A DNA stretch of 64,000 nucleotides from an uncultured Spirochaetota bacterium (GTDB lineage Bacteria > Spirochaetota > Brevinematia > Brevinematales > JAOACQ01), in NCBI GenBank assembly GCA_963835575.1, contig CAWIGG010000004.1, positions 416,001 through 480,000 on the forward strand, given 5' to 3'. The first letter of the stretch is position 1. Each line of letters opens with the position of its first letter. Under the pieces are notes generated by a model. The model saw nothing but the letters and a program-made list of their open reading frames with translations, was not told where the DNA came from and made no database searches. Shown in pieces: positions 28,257 through 40,231 of the stretch. A program made the translations under genes and the position numbers.

Positions 28257-30881
28257 TTAATTCAATTCATTTACTGAAGATACCTGTCTGTATTCCACAC
28301 CTTCAAACTCGTTAAAATGCGCTTGTCCGCATTTAATTTTTCTTTTTTCGCTTGTTTTCAATTCCTGCCCAGCCGATTTTGTCTCGGCGACAAAGTAAAT
28401 GGTTTTTTCATTCTTTTTTATCAAAGCCCAATCGGGATTATAATGCCCTATTGGCGTTTCAATTTTAAACCAGAAAGGAAGTTTGAAATAAAACTCTATA
28501 TCATCCCTGTTTTCACAATCCCTCGCGAAATCATATTCAACGTTGGAATCAAGAGGAACAATAGTGCTGTATATGGTTTTTTCCTTCTTTTTAATTTGAA
28601 ATGTCAATTCGTTGATATGGATTTCATAATCTTCAAATAGTCGCATTTCATATTCTTTAGCGCCTATTTTTTCATATTTGATTCCGTCTATCATTAAATC
28701 TGTCAATACATCGTTAATAGCAGAAACTGTGTTATCAAGGAAAAGCTGAGGATTAATCAATATGTCGCCGGTTCTTTTAGATTGCTTTAAGATTTCAAAA
28801 ATTGTCGAACGTGTCAGCCCAGTTCTTTCCTGAATATAGGAGAGCACGTCGGGTATTCCAAAAACACCATCAAAAGATGTAATTGAAGAAGCCTTAATAT
28901 CTGCAACTATGCCGCTATCATTAAACTCAAGGGCTGTTTTTGTTGTCTTGATAACGGCTCTTTTTGTTACCGGCATTTGACCGACCGATTTAGAAGCATT
29001 TTTTATCAGATCATCCGAGTCATAATCAACCTTATATGCCGTTTGGTATTTTATTTTATTCCAGATTTTCTTGAATTTTTCATCCAGCTCAAATCCTTTG
29101 CGATAACCCACTGCCGCTCTTTTCTGTTTATCTTTAATCCTGCCTGTAAATGATACCCCGCATTCTTCCTCAATTTCCGACTGTAATTGTCTGGCAAAAT
29201 CTTCATAAGCTTCATTAGCAATAACAGTTAGACGGTTGATATTTGTGTCATGTATGCGATTTCCATCTTGATTGACCGAAAGCCGAAGCCCTCTGCCGAT
29301 TTCCTGCCGTTTTTTCAGCTCCGAATGCGTTTCATTCAAAGTGCAAATCTGGAAAACATTTGGATTGTCCCAGCCTTCCCTTAAAGCGGAATGACTGAAA
29401 ATAAAACGCAAAGGCACATTGACATCCAGGAGCCTTTCTTTATCTTTCATAATCAGTTTAAAAGTATCGTCATCCGCCAGGGTATTGCCCTTAGTATCGT
29501 TCCACTTGCATTTTTTATCCTGAGAAAAATAGCCGTTATGAACTTCATCCGCCTCAAAGGGAATTAAGCCTTTATAAGAAGATTTTGAGGCTATTTCCCG
29601 GTACAATTCCTCAAACCATAATGCGAATTTACCCTTGACCGGGTTCCCTTCCGCGTTATAAGCCCGGTAATTGGCTACCCTATCAATAAAGATGAGAGAA
29701 AGAACTTTGATTCCTTTATTTTTAAATTTACTTTCCTTCTGGAAATGTTCCTCTATTGTCTTTTTTATCTGGATTTTCATAACCTCATCTGAAAGTCCGC
29801 CTAGAGTGTCCCCGGTGAAAACGTTTTCACCGTTTGAAAGCTCAATAAAACCATCTGCCACATCAATGCTGTTTATTATATAACCCGTTTTATAGATGTC
29901 ACGTTTATTAGACAAATCATATAAATCATCACCGACCTTCGCGGCAACTGTTTTCCGCTTAACACCTTCAACGGTATTTATGTCGATTTTTATTTTCGCC
30001 ATTGTTCGGGTTTTATCGGCAGTCACTTTTTCAAGGCTGAGAAACGCTTTATTAAAATCATTTTCCGTAACGATCGAATCCACTTCAATCTGCTTGACCA
30101 AACCAAGATCATAGGCTTTTACAGGGTCAAGGCTGTAAACCATATTATAGCGTTTGACATGGGTAGCCGAATAGCGCAGCGTGCAAAGCGGGTTCAGGTT
30201 TTCTATGGCTTTTTTTCTGATATCCGTTTCCATGTTCTGCGGTTCGTCAACTATGACTATCGGAAATGTCGCCTGAATAAATTCAATAGGCTTTTTACCC
30301 GTGAGCTTGTCGTTATATTTATTTATGACATTTTCATCTTTGGCAAAGGAATCGATATTTATAACAAGAATCTGGATATTATTGTTAACCGCGAAGTTTC
30401 TTAGGTTGGAAACACGCCTGGAATCGTACACGTCAAAATTGACCGGGGTTTTATCGTAAAGGTTCTGGAAGTGCTCAAAAGTGATCTCCAGATTTTTTAA
30501 AACACCCTCGCGAATGGCAATGGAAGGTACGACAATAACAAACTTTTTAAATCCGTATTTTTTATTCAGCTCGTAGATTGCGCGGAGATAGACATAGGTT
30601 TTTCCCGTTCCTGTTTCCATCTCAATAGAAAAGTTCATACCGTCCAGGGCATCCGAAATGGGAATTTCGTTTTTCTTCTGAATTGATTTTACATTTTCAA
30701 GAATCTGTTCTTCACTAAGATTCAGACGGTTTCCGATGCCGGCCTCATTATAAAGATTGCTTTCATTTATGATGGAGAAATCAAAGCCGCCGTTCATTAA
30801 AGGTAGGCCTTCAAATATCCCGACAATGGAACTTATCGCGTCAAGCTGGAATTGCTGGTTCGGATCGAAATGAAGTTTCAC
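28257..30881 (-). CDS. res: Type III restriction enzyme Res subunit
   Basis: EMETGTGKT, DEPQ, LREGWDNPNVFQI, QEIGRGLR, YNPDW...VAETK. Confidence 0.93.
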   Translation of the reverse strand: MKLHFDPNQQFQLDAISSIVGIFEGLPLMNGGFDFSIINESNLYNEAGIGNRLNLSEEQILENVKSIQKKNEIPISDALDGMNFSIEMETGTGKTYVYLRAIYELNKKYGFKKFVIVVPSIAIREGVLKNLEITFEHFQNLYDKTPVNFDVYDSRRVSNLRNFAVNNNIQILVINIDSFAKDENVINKYNDKLTGKKPIEFIQATFPIVIVDEPQNMETDIRKKAIENLNPLCTLRYSATHVKRYNMVYSLDPVKAYDLGLVKQIEVDSIVTENDFNKAFLSLEKVTADKTRTMAKIKIDINTVEGVKRKTVAAKVGDDLYDLSNKRDIYKTGYIINSIDVADGFIELSNGENVFTGDTLGGLSDEVMKIQIKKTIEEHFQKESKFKNKGIKVLSLIFIDRVANYRAYNAEGNPVKGKFALWFEELYREIASKSSYKGLIPFEADEVHNGYFSQDKKCKWNDTKGNTLADDDTFKLIMKDKERLLDVNVPLRFIFSHSALREGWDNPNVFQICTLNETHSELKKRQEIGRGLRLSVNQDGNRIHDTNINRLTVIANEAYEDFARQLQSEIEEECGVSFTGRIKDKQKRAAVGYRKGFELDEKFKKIWNKIKYQTAYKVDYDSDDLIKNASKSVGQMPVTKRAVIKTTKTALEFNDSGIVADIKASSITSFDGVFGIPDVLSYIQERTGLTRSTIFEILKQSKRTGDILINPQLFLDNTVSAINDVLTDLMIDGIKYEKIGAKEYEMRLFEDYEIHINELTFQIKKKEKTIYSTIVPLDSNVEYDFARDCENRDDIEFYFKLPFWFKIETPIGHYNPDWALIKKNEKTIYFVAETKSAGQELKTSEKRKIKCGQAHFNEFEGVEYRQVSSVNELN

Positions 30882-30926
30882 TTGTCTGTCTCCGTTAGTT
30901 ATTTATAATTCAAAAGTTAATAAACT

Positions 30927-31595
30927 TTAAACCTCAATATTTTTAGAAAAATCAAACATAAGGTGATACAGTTTAATCTTTTTCCCTTTAGTGTCTTTAT
31001 GAGTTGAGTAATATTGATATTCAAAATCCTTTATAAAACAGAGAGGAGTTAAAAAGTTTTCAGTATTCGCACCGGTAAAATTATTCTTCAACAAATTATT
31101 AATATTCATAATATTAGCGCCGATATCCATTTGCTCAACCACAAAGCCAATCATGCCGTTTAAATTATTATTTGTAGAATACTGGCCGCTAACAAAACGC
31201 ATAATGCCTTTTTTGATATATTCAGCATTAAGACCGGTTGTGCCTTCGAGGTTCTGATTATTCAATCGTTTGCACTCAATTATATAATATGCAGATGTAT
31301 CCAGAAATGTATTAATCGTTTGTACTTTTATATCGGTCCTTCCTTTTGTATTGTCTTCAGGGACTTCCTTGTCAAAAAGATATTTTGTTAATTGTATTTT
31401 ATTTCTTATTTCATTGTTTTTTAAATAGTTTATAAGTAATTTATCTCGGATCAGATTTTCATTATTTGTAACTCTGACTTTATCGGATAGCAGTATTTTA
31501 TAGCAACACACTATCTTTGTAAGGATGATTTCAAATTCCGCAATATAAAAATCTGTAGAACCGGGAAAAGCAGAAGTATTGAGCGGATTAGCCAT
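30927..31595 (-). CDS. Small PD-(D/E)XK nuclease-like protein
   Basis: E...GRTDIKV...IIECKRL; ATG at 31595 overlaps the upstream stop by 8 nt. Confidence 0.65.
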   Translation of the reverse strand: MANPLNTSAFPGSTDFYIAEFEIILTKIVCCYKILLSDKVRVTNNENLIRDKLLINYLKNNEIRNKIQLTKYLFDKEVPEDNTKGRTDIKVQTINTFLDTSAYYIIECKRLNNQNLEGTTGLNAEYIKKGIMRFVSGQYSTNNNLNGMIGFVVEQMDIGANIMNINNLLKNNFTGANTENFLTPLCFIKDFEYQYYSTHKDTKGKKIKLYHLMFDFSKNIEV

Positions 31596-34578
31596 TTTGC
31601 TTCTCCTTGGCTCCTTCCCGCAACATTGCATCGGCAAATTCCTCCGCATCAAGATATGCAATTGCTTTATGCCATAGCTTCTTTTCATTGGGTTTTATTA
31701 TATAAAAACCATCCTTTTCAAAACCACGAACATCTTTTTGTATAAAAAGTGATTCCGTGATTTCCTGGCAGCCGAGAGATAATAATCTTGATATTAAGTC
31801 GTTTTCAGATTGATTCTCCCACGAGATGTACTCTGTATTATTCTCTTCAACTATTACTTTGAAAAACATTCCTATTATGTACTTACTATGCACTATTTGA
31901 AGGGTAAATTTTTTATTGTCCCTCGCAAAGGAATCTCGAAAGCGTTTTAAGAACACACCAGCATACTCCATTAAGAATGGCTCTTTTAACTTTAAAGGCG
32001 CGAATAACTCTTTTTCACATCTTTTATATGACATTATCAAGGGAATCGTAATATTCACCGCATAATCGACAAGCGCTTTCTCTTGTTCGTTTAAATCAAA
32101 ACTGTTTAATATTTCATCATTCAGGCTATCGATGAGTTTTTTCTTTTCATCTTCCAGAGTCTGGACATTGGGATTTAACGGTTTTTGCTTTTCCAGGAAG
32201 AGCTTTTGGCTGATAGCCTCAATTTCTTCTACATATTTAGATACTTCTGTATTATCTATGTATGGAAATCCCAGTTTTTCTTCATCGTGTGCCCTACCTC
32301 TATCTATACCAGCGATAGAATCATTTATCATATAGTATGCAAACAAATCTGAATTTAATAAACCGCACAGCATTCTTAAGGTTTCAATATTTCCTTTTAT
32401 TCCTGTTAATGAATGTTGATACATCGCATCTTTATACAATATAGCGGATATTGCTTTAAACTTTCTTAAACCATGTTTTATTAAAAGAACCGGGGCTTTA
32501 AATAATTCTTTATTCCTTTCCCTCGTAACTTTTTCTTCTGCCCATTTTAATGAGGCATATACATTAAATTGATCTATATCATTTTTGTGGTCAACCAAAG
32601 GTTTTCCAATTAAATGTTCAGTATTGTATCTTTTATTTTTATCACCAATAATAATTCCCTGTCCTAATAACAACTTATCTTTTTTAATCTTTTCAGCAAT
32701 TGTTATATAATCATTTTTTAATCTTCTAATAAAATTAAAATCTTGATATGATCCCCAAATCAGAATTTTCCATAGCCAATCATTCTCTTTTAAACGCGAC
32801 TGAACAATTTCTTTGTAATCAGTTTTTTGAATTGTAAATATTTTGAATAAAGAAAAAAAGCGGTTTGGTTTAATTACAATATGTTCAACAATATTTTTGT
32901 CTGTTTTATTGTCATAAGAAAATCTATAAAATAAAACAACAGCCGGGGTATTTGCGGATTGAAACACTTCTTCACCCACGGGAGCTAATTCAAAAATCTT
33001 ATCAATAAAATAATTATGCAAAAAATATTTTCTAAAATCTTTGGCATTCAAATTATATAAGGTTTTACTGGTAGCAATCAGGGCGCATCTGGTTTGAGCA
33101 GAGGAAAAATCGCTTGTCCTCAGCAAAAATGCCTGCGCGATTTCCTTATTGCTGATGGTTAGTTGAGGTTTCCCATCAGATTTGCTCAATTCTTTTTTCT
33201 TTCTTTCTTCAATATACTTCAAAAATAAGGCTTTCTTATCACTCCCGCGCTTCCATGGCGGATTACCGAGAATAAAGTTAAAATTGATTTTCTTAATAAT
33301 ACTATTAAAATCATTCTCCAAGTTAAAAAAATCACTTGTAAAATAATTTTTATTTGTCAGTGTAGGAAATTTGAAGTTTTCTATCTTCTTAGGGTCTTTA
33401 ACATAATCAAGTAAAGTAAGATATGTAGAAAACATAGCGACATTGATCGCATCTCGATCCTGATCTATGCCATAGATATTCTCTTCCGCTATTTTTTTTA
33501 ATATCGCTTCATCGGTGGAAGTTATTTGTTTAATTTCCCGATAGCGTTCTATCATTCTTCTTAACGCCTGTACTAAAAATATACCTGACCCGCAGGCGGG
33601 ATCGAGCACCCTGCAATTATATTCTTCAGGATTTGCATCAAAGTGTTTTTCTACTGTCTCTTTTATTATATAATCAACTAAAAACACAGGTGTATAATAA
33701 GCGCCTTTTTTTGCCTGATTCTCGCTTCCGATAAAGTGTTCATACACATTGCTGATGAATTCAACCGGAATGATCGAAAAATCATAAACATCAAATAAGT
33801 TCATTTGGCCGCTTGACATATCAGTTCCCCGCATAAGATCACTTAAAATTTCGAATGCACCTTCAGGAACGCTGTTTAATTGGTCTTCATTTAAAAGAAA
33901 GGCTTCTCCGTTAAATTGCTTTGTAAGATACTTCAAAAAATCAATAGTTTTATTTTTATCTTTCAAAAGCCCGCAGAAATCAGCATTTGTCCATTCTCCT
34001 GATTTATTATCAAACTTGATGTTTACTCTGCGGTCTATCAAATAACGGATGAATATACATTTCCCAATCAGGGCATTAGACACAGAGCTATCAGGGACGT
34101 GTTCCTTAATTAGCAAATCTCTTGCGGCTCTTATATTTTCCAGAAGTTTATAATCAACCCTGTTCTGGTATTTGAGTTTGTTTTCATAAGTTTGCCAAGT
34201 TTTTCCTGTAACCAGTTCAAAATAGGAAAAATCATTAAGTCTGCTCTCATTTTCAAGTTTATCAAGGGTCTCTTTTTCTTTTAAATATGAAAGTCCATTA
34301 AATATCTCTACGGAAGCCGGTTCATTAATAATAACAACAGGGGACTCATTGAAATTCCAGACAGCCTTGAACAGCTCTTTTTTATTTTGAGGAGAATTAT
34401 AAAACAACACTAATGGTTTATTATCGATGCAAAAGAAAGCTTCCGGTTTTAATTTATCGGTAAGCAGCCATTTAATCCTTTCGGGTAGTATCTCTTTCCA
34501 ATTATTTTCGGCAGTCAGATACAAGCCATTTTGTTTATTCATACCAAGACGATCAAATATCGCCTCTAAATTTTTCAT
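31588..34578 (-). CDS. N6-adenine DNA methyltransferase with TRD (Type IIG/Eco57I-like architecture)
   Basis: ISNVYEHF, GAYYTP, DPACGSGIFL, GNPPW; long C-terminal specificity region. Confidence 0.85.
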   Translation of the reverse strand: MKNLEAIFDRLGMNKQNGLYLTAENNWKEILPERIKWLLTDKLKPEAFFCIDNKPLVLFYNSPQNKKELFKAVWNFNESPVVIINEPASVEIFNGLSYLKEKETLDKLENESRLNDFSYFELVTGKTWQTYENKLKYQNRVDYKLLENIRAARDLLIKEHVPDSSVSNALIGKCIFIRYLIDRRVNIKFDNKSGEWTNADFCGLLKDKNKTIDFLKYLTKQFNGEAFLLNEDQLNSVPEGAFEILSDLMRGTDMSSGQMNLFDVYDFSIIPVEFISNVYEHFIGSENQAKKGAYYTPVFLVDYIIKETVEKHFDANPEEYNCRVLDPACGSGIFLVQALRRMIERYREIKQITSTDEAILKKIAEENIYGIDQDRDAINVAMFSTYLTLLDYVKDPKKIENFKFPTLTNKNYFTSDFFNLENDFNSIIKKINFNFILGNPPWKRGSDKKALFLKYIEERKKKELSKSDGKPQLTISNKEIAQAFLLRTSDFSSAQTRCALIATSKTLYNLNAKDFRKYFLHNYFIDKIFELAPVGEEVFQSANTPAVVLFYRFSYDNKTDKNIVEHIVIKPNRFFSLFKIFTIQKTDYKEIVQSRLKENDWLWKILIWGSYQDFNFIRRLKNDYITIAEKIKKDKLLLGQGIIIGDKNKRYNTEHLIGKPLVDHKNDIDQFNVYASLKWAEEKVTRERNKELFKAPVLLIKHGLRKFKAISAILYKDAMYQHSLTGIKGNIETLRMLCGLLNSDLFAYYMINDSIAGIDRGRAHDEEKLGFPYIDNTEVSKYVEEIEAISQKLFLEKQKPLNPNVQTLEDEKKKLIDSLNDEILNSFDLNEQEKALVDYAVNITIPLIMSYKRCEKELFAPLKLKEPFLMEYAGVFLKRFRDSFARDNKKFTLQIVHSKYIIGMFFKVIVEENNTEYISWENQSENDLISRLLSLGCQEITESLFIQKDVRGFEKDGFYIIKPNEKKLWHKAIAYLDAEEFADAMLREGAKEKQNG

Positions 34579-34581
34579 ACT

Positions 34582-36507
34582 TCACACCGCCTTAAACTCT
34601 ATCTCCGCGTCCTTCATCCGGAGCGCGGTATTGGTTTTTAACCGGTCATTCTTTTTAAACAGCCTGTCAAGGGTAATTGCTTTTTTAGGTTTTTTGTCTA
34701 TAACTTCTTTAATGATTTTATCATCAACCTTTTCGAGGATCAAAGCCATCTCACCATCATTTACCAGAACATAACCGCTCTTTTCCTCAATCTTTGCCGT
34801 AAGCGGAACGCCGGACTTCAATAAAAGCTCATACAGAATGTCTCCGGTTTTAGCATTTTCGTCCAGCGGTTCAAGGTGCTCTTGAAGCTGGTTAGCAAGC
34901 TCTTCCTCGGTTTCTATTTTCGTTCGCCAGATTTTAAAGTTGGATTCCTGAAGTTTAAAAACCTTAAAGCCCAAATCTTGTTTTTGATTGCTTTCCAGAT
35001 CAAGCTTTCCTTCCTGCTCTTCTTTGATTTTCTTGATTACCCGGCGGATTCGTTCTTTACCAATTTCCGCGATGGTTTTGAAGCCCGCTTTATAAGCTTC
35101 CATCTTTTTATCACATCTTTCAGGGAGCTGGACACAAATAAACTTACTGTTGCCACCGCCTTCCATGTTCAGATCTAGGACAGCGTGTGCGGTCGTGCAG
35201 GAGCCAGCGAAGAAGTCGAGAATTATGTCTGAGTTTGTGGTAGTAGATAAAGTTAGACAACGGTTTACTAATCCGATTGGTTTCGGCTTTGGAAAAATTT
35301 CTTTAGCAAAACCGAGCTCAATAAATTGCTCACTTCCTCTTTCACTGTTAACATCTTTATAATTCCATACCGAAATGGGTTTGAGTAAATCTCTATTTTC
35401 CAAATAATCCTTTTCAAAGACACCCCAAATTTTTCTATTTGGCATGTAATGACATAATAACTTGTTTAAATTTTCTTTCGCTGTGTCAAATCCCCATCGC
35501 CATCTCCCCAATTTACCATCTTCTCTAATTGGAATTATCTCAATTAAATCGGCAATATTTAATTGTTGCTTGGAAACCCGAATTTCTAAATTCTCTTTAC
35601 CATAATAGAAATAATAAAACATATCAGGTCTGTCTTCTTTGAGGTCTGCATCACCTGTTTTTCTTAAATCTATTTCTCTATATTTTCCCAAATCATCTTC
35701 TTTGTTATATCTTACAATTACTTTGTTCTCTGGTTCAAAGCCTAACCAAAAAGCATTAGGCCTATTCTTTGAATAAATCAGTAAGTATTCATGAGCTGTT
35801 GCGATATATTTATCATCCGATCTTCCTTTAGGGTTATTTACATTTGCAATTTTCCCTATATAATTTTCCTCTCCAAATACCTCATTCATCAAAAGCCTTA
35901 AATTATGTGCCTCATTATCATCAATACTGACAAAAATCACGCCGTCGTCGCGGAGTAGATTCCTCGCCAGAAACAGTCGCGGGTACATCATGGAAAGCCA
36001 ATTGGAGTGGTAATGCCCGTTGTCTTTGCTGTTTTTTCTGAAAAGACCCTCACGGGTCATCAACCCGGTTTCATCTTTGTCGCCGATCCTGCTGAGATAT
36101 TCTTCTTTTGATTCAGCAAATTTATCGGGATAGATAAAATTGTCACTTCCCGTATTATACGGCGGGTCGATATAGATCATCTTTATCTTACTGAAATAGG
36201 ATTTCTGAAGAACTTTTAAAACTTCAAGGTTTTCACCTTCAATAAAGATGTTACCGGTTGTGTCGAAATTGACGGATTCTTCATTGCATGGAACAAGAGT
36301 AGCGGTGGAAGGGGTTTGAAGTGCCCGGAACGCGTCGGATTTTCCCGCCCAGTTCAGCACATAACGCTCGTTTTTAAATTCAATATCCTCACCCAGTGCG
36401 GCTTTCAGCTTTTCCCAGTCTATTTTATTTTCAGAAAACGCTTCGGGGATGATTTCTTTAAGCCTGGAAAGCTTTTCTTCGGCTATGTTCAACGATTTTC
36501 CATCCAT
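34582..36507 (-). CDS. mod: Type III RM methyltransferase Mod
   Basis: IYIDPPYNTG, HSNWLSMMYPRL, DFFAGSCTT. Confidence 0.93.
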   Translation of the reverse strand: MDGKSLNIAEEKLSRLKEIIPEAFSENKIDWEKLKAALGEDIEFKNERYVLNWAGKSDAFRALQTPSTATLVPCNEESVNFDTTGNIFIEGENLEVLKVLQKSYFSKIKMIYIDPPYNTGSDNFIYPDKFAESKEEYLSRIGDKDETGLMTREGLFRKNSKDNGHYHSNWLSMMYPRLFLARNLLRDDGVIFVSIDDNEAHNLRLLMNEVFGEENYIGKIANVNNPKGRSDDKYIATAHEYLLIYSKNRPNAFWLGFEPENKVIVRYNKEDDLGKYREIDLRKTGDADLKEDRPDMFYYFYYGKENLEIRVSKQQLNIADLIEIIPIREDGKLGRWRWGFDTAKENLNKLLCHYMPNRKIWGVFEKDYLENRDLLKPISVWNYKDVNSERGSEQFIELGFAKEIFPKPKPIGLVNRCLTLSTTTNSDIILDFFAGSCTTAHAVLDLNMEGGGNSKFICVQLPERCDKKMEAYKAGFKTIAEIGKERIRRVIKKIKEEQEGKLDLESNQKQDLGFKVFKLQESNFKIWRTKIETEEELANQLQEHLEPLDENAKTGDILYELLLKSGVPLTAKIEEKSGYVLVNDGEMALILEKVDDKIIKEVIDKKPKKAITLDRLFKKNDRLKTNTALRMKDAEIEFKAV

Positions 36508-36590
36508 TATTCCCCTCTCGCCCGTATTCTAATTGTTTGTTCTTTAATGAATAAGTTTTTGAATTGCTTAAAATAAATAATCTATGTATC

Positions 36591-36619
36591 ATTATAAATT
36601 CACATGAAATCTTTTGCAA
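36591..36619 (-). promoter_or_regulatory. Putative sigma70 promoter of the RM operon
   Basis: TTGCAA-17 bp-TATAAT on the minus strand. Confidence 0.55.
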
Positions 36620-36774
36620 TTAGAAAACCTGTCATTTAAAACTATATTTTTTCTTCATGTCTGAGTTCGTTCCCGAGGCCATTTTCCATGAACCATAATA
36701 AGAACATAGAATAACTCAGTGCCAAGTTGTGTCATCCGCTATAATAATAGAAGAACGGAAGCACATATTTGCGG

Positions 36775-38799
<2,025 letters not shown>

Positions 38800-38952
38800 C
38801 AGGGATGCCGCAACCGACGCATAAAGCTATGGACAGCGTAATAAGGAGGCTATTATAATGAGGGACCGTTTTTAAACAACCGGATGACACACATCCATCC
38901 AATCCGACCGCTTCGTATGAAAATGGCCTCGACCTGTTTTCTTTCTTTAGCG

Positions 38953-38988
38953 CGATATTTCTTTCTTTTCGAAAAGAAAGAAATATCG
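38953..38988. repeat. Perfect 36-bp palindrome
   Basis: CGATATTTCTTTCTTTTC/GAAAAGAAAGAAATATCG with no spacer. Confidence 0.9.
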
Positions 38989-39161
38989 TAAACCCCCGAC
39001 TGCCAGTCGTGACAAAAACCCCGGTTATTGTAGCCAGCCATACTTTCCGCCGTTTGTAAACGGCAAAAAAATAAAAATCTTGCATCATTCCGCAATAATG
39101 TTTATATTTATTAGAATTGTATTTTTTACTCCGCATTTGAACTGTAAAAAGGAGGAAATTT

Positions 39162-40139
39162 ATGAAAAAAAGAAAATTAGGGTATACCGATCTCGATCTC
39201 ACCGTCATCGGACTGGGGACATGGGCGATCGGCGGGGGAGGCTGGCAGTACGCCTGGGGCCCGCAGGACGATGAGCTTTCCATACAGACGATCCATAAAG
39301 CGATGGACCTTGGCATCAACTGGATCGACACGGCCGCTGTTTACGGCCTGGGGCATTCTGAGGAGATCGTCGGAAAAGCGATAAAAGGAATGAAGGGAAG
39401 ACCTATCATCGCCACGAAATGCGAACGCACCTGGGACAAGGCAGGGAATATCGGCGGCACATTAAAGAAAGAAAGTATTAAGATGGAAGCCGAGGCGAGC
39501 CTTAAGCGTCTTGGAGTTGATGTGATCGACCTGTACCAGATCCACTGGCCTCAGCCGGATCCGGACATCGAGGAAGGATGGGGAGCCATTGCAGAGCTGA
39601 TCAGTGAGGGAAAGGTGCGTTACGGCGGAGTTTCCAATTTCAGTGCAAAGCAGATCGATAGGATAAAAGGCATTCATCCCGTCGCGTCGCTTCAGCCGCC
39701 CTACAGTATGATTGTAAGGGATATCGAAAAGGACCTCCTCGGCTACTGCTATGATAACCGTATCGGGGTTATATGCTACAGCCCGATGTATAAGGGGCTA
39801 TTGACAGGCGCCTTTACACGGCTGAGGGCGGAAGGCCTTCCGAAGGATGACCACCGGCGCGGCGACTCCCATTTTCAGGAGCCTGAGCTTGATATCAATA
39901 TGAAGTTTGTTGAAAAGCTCGCCGCTGTCGCCGCAAGAAAAGGAAAGACCGTATCGCAGCTGGCCATAGCTTGGACATTACGCCGGCCTGAACTGACCGC
40001 CGCCATCGTCGGCGCAAGAAAGCCCTCTCAGATCGAGGAGACATACGCCGCCGGCGGCTGGGAGCTAGACAGCGGCATTATCGGCGAGATCGATGAGCTT
40101 TTGAACGAGAGGGAGAATGAAATCAAGGCATTAGGTTGA
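39162..40139 (+). CDS. Aldo/keto reductase
   Basis: GLGTW, DTAAVYG, ATK, DLYQIHWP, GVSNF. Confidence 0.95.
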   Translation: MKKRKLGYTDLDLTVIGLGTWAIGGGGWQYAWGPQDDELSIQTIHKAMDLGINWIDTAAVYGLGHSEEIVGKAIKGMKGRPIIATKCERTWDKAGNIGGTLKKESIKMEAEASLKRLGVDVIDLYQIHWPQPDPDIEEGWGAIAELISEGKVRYGGVSNFSAKQIDRIKGIHPVASLQPPYSMIVRDIEKDLLGYCYDNRIGVICYSPMYKGLLTGAFTRLRAEGLPKDDHRRGDSHFQEPELDINMKFVEKLAAVAARKGKTVSQLAIAWTLRRPELTAAIVGARKPSQIEETYAAGGWELDSGIIGEIDELLNERENEIKALG

Positions 40140-40231
40140 TTATAAAAAAAGAGCCGAATATCCAATCTTCAATTGAAAACTTATGGAATTGTTAATGTGA
40201 TCTTCGCGCCTTCGCTTCTTACTGATAAAAA

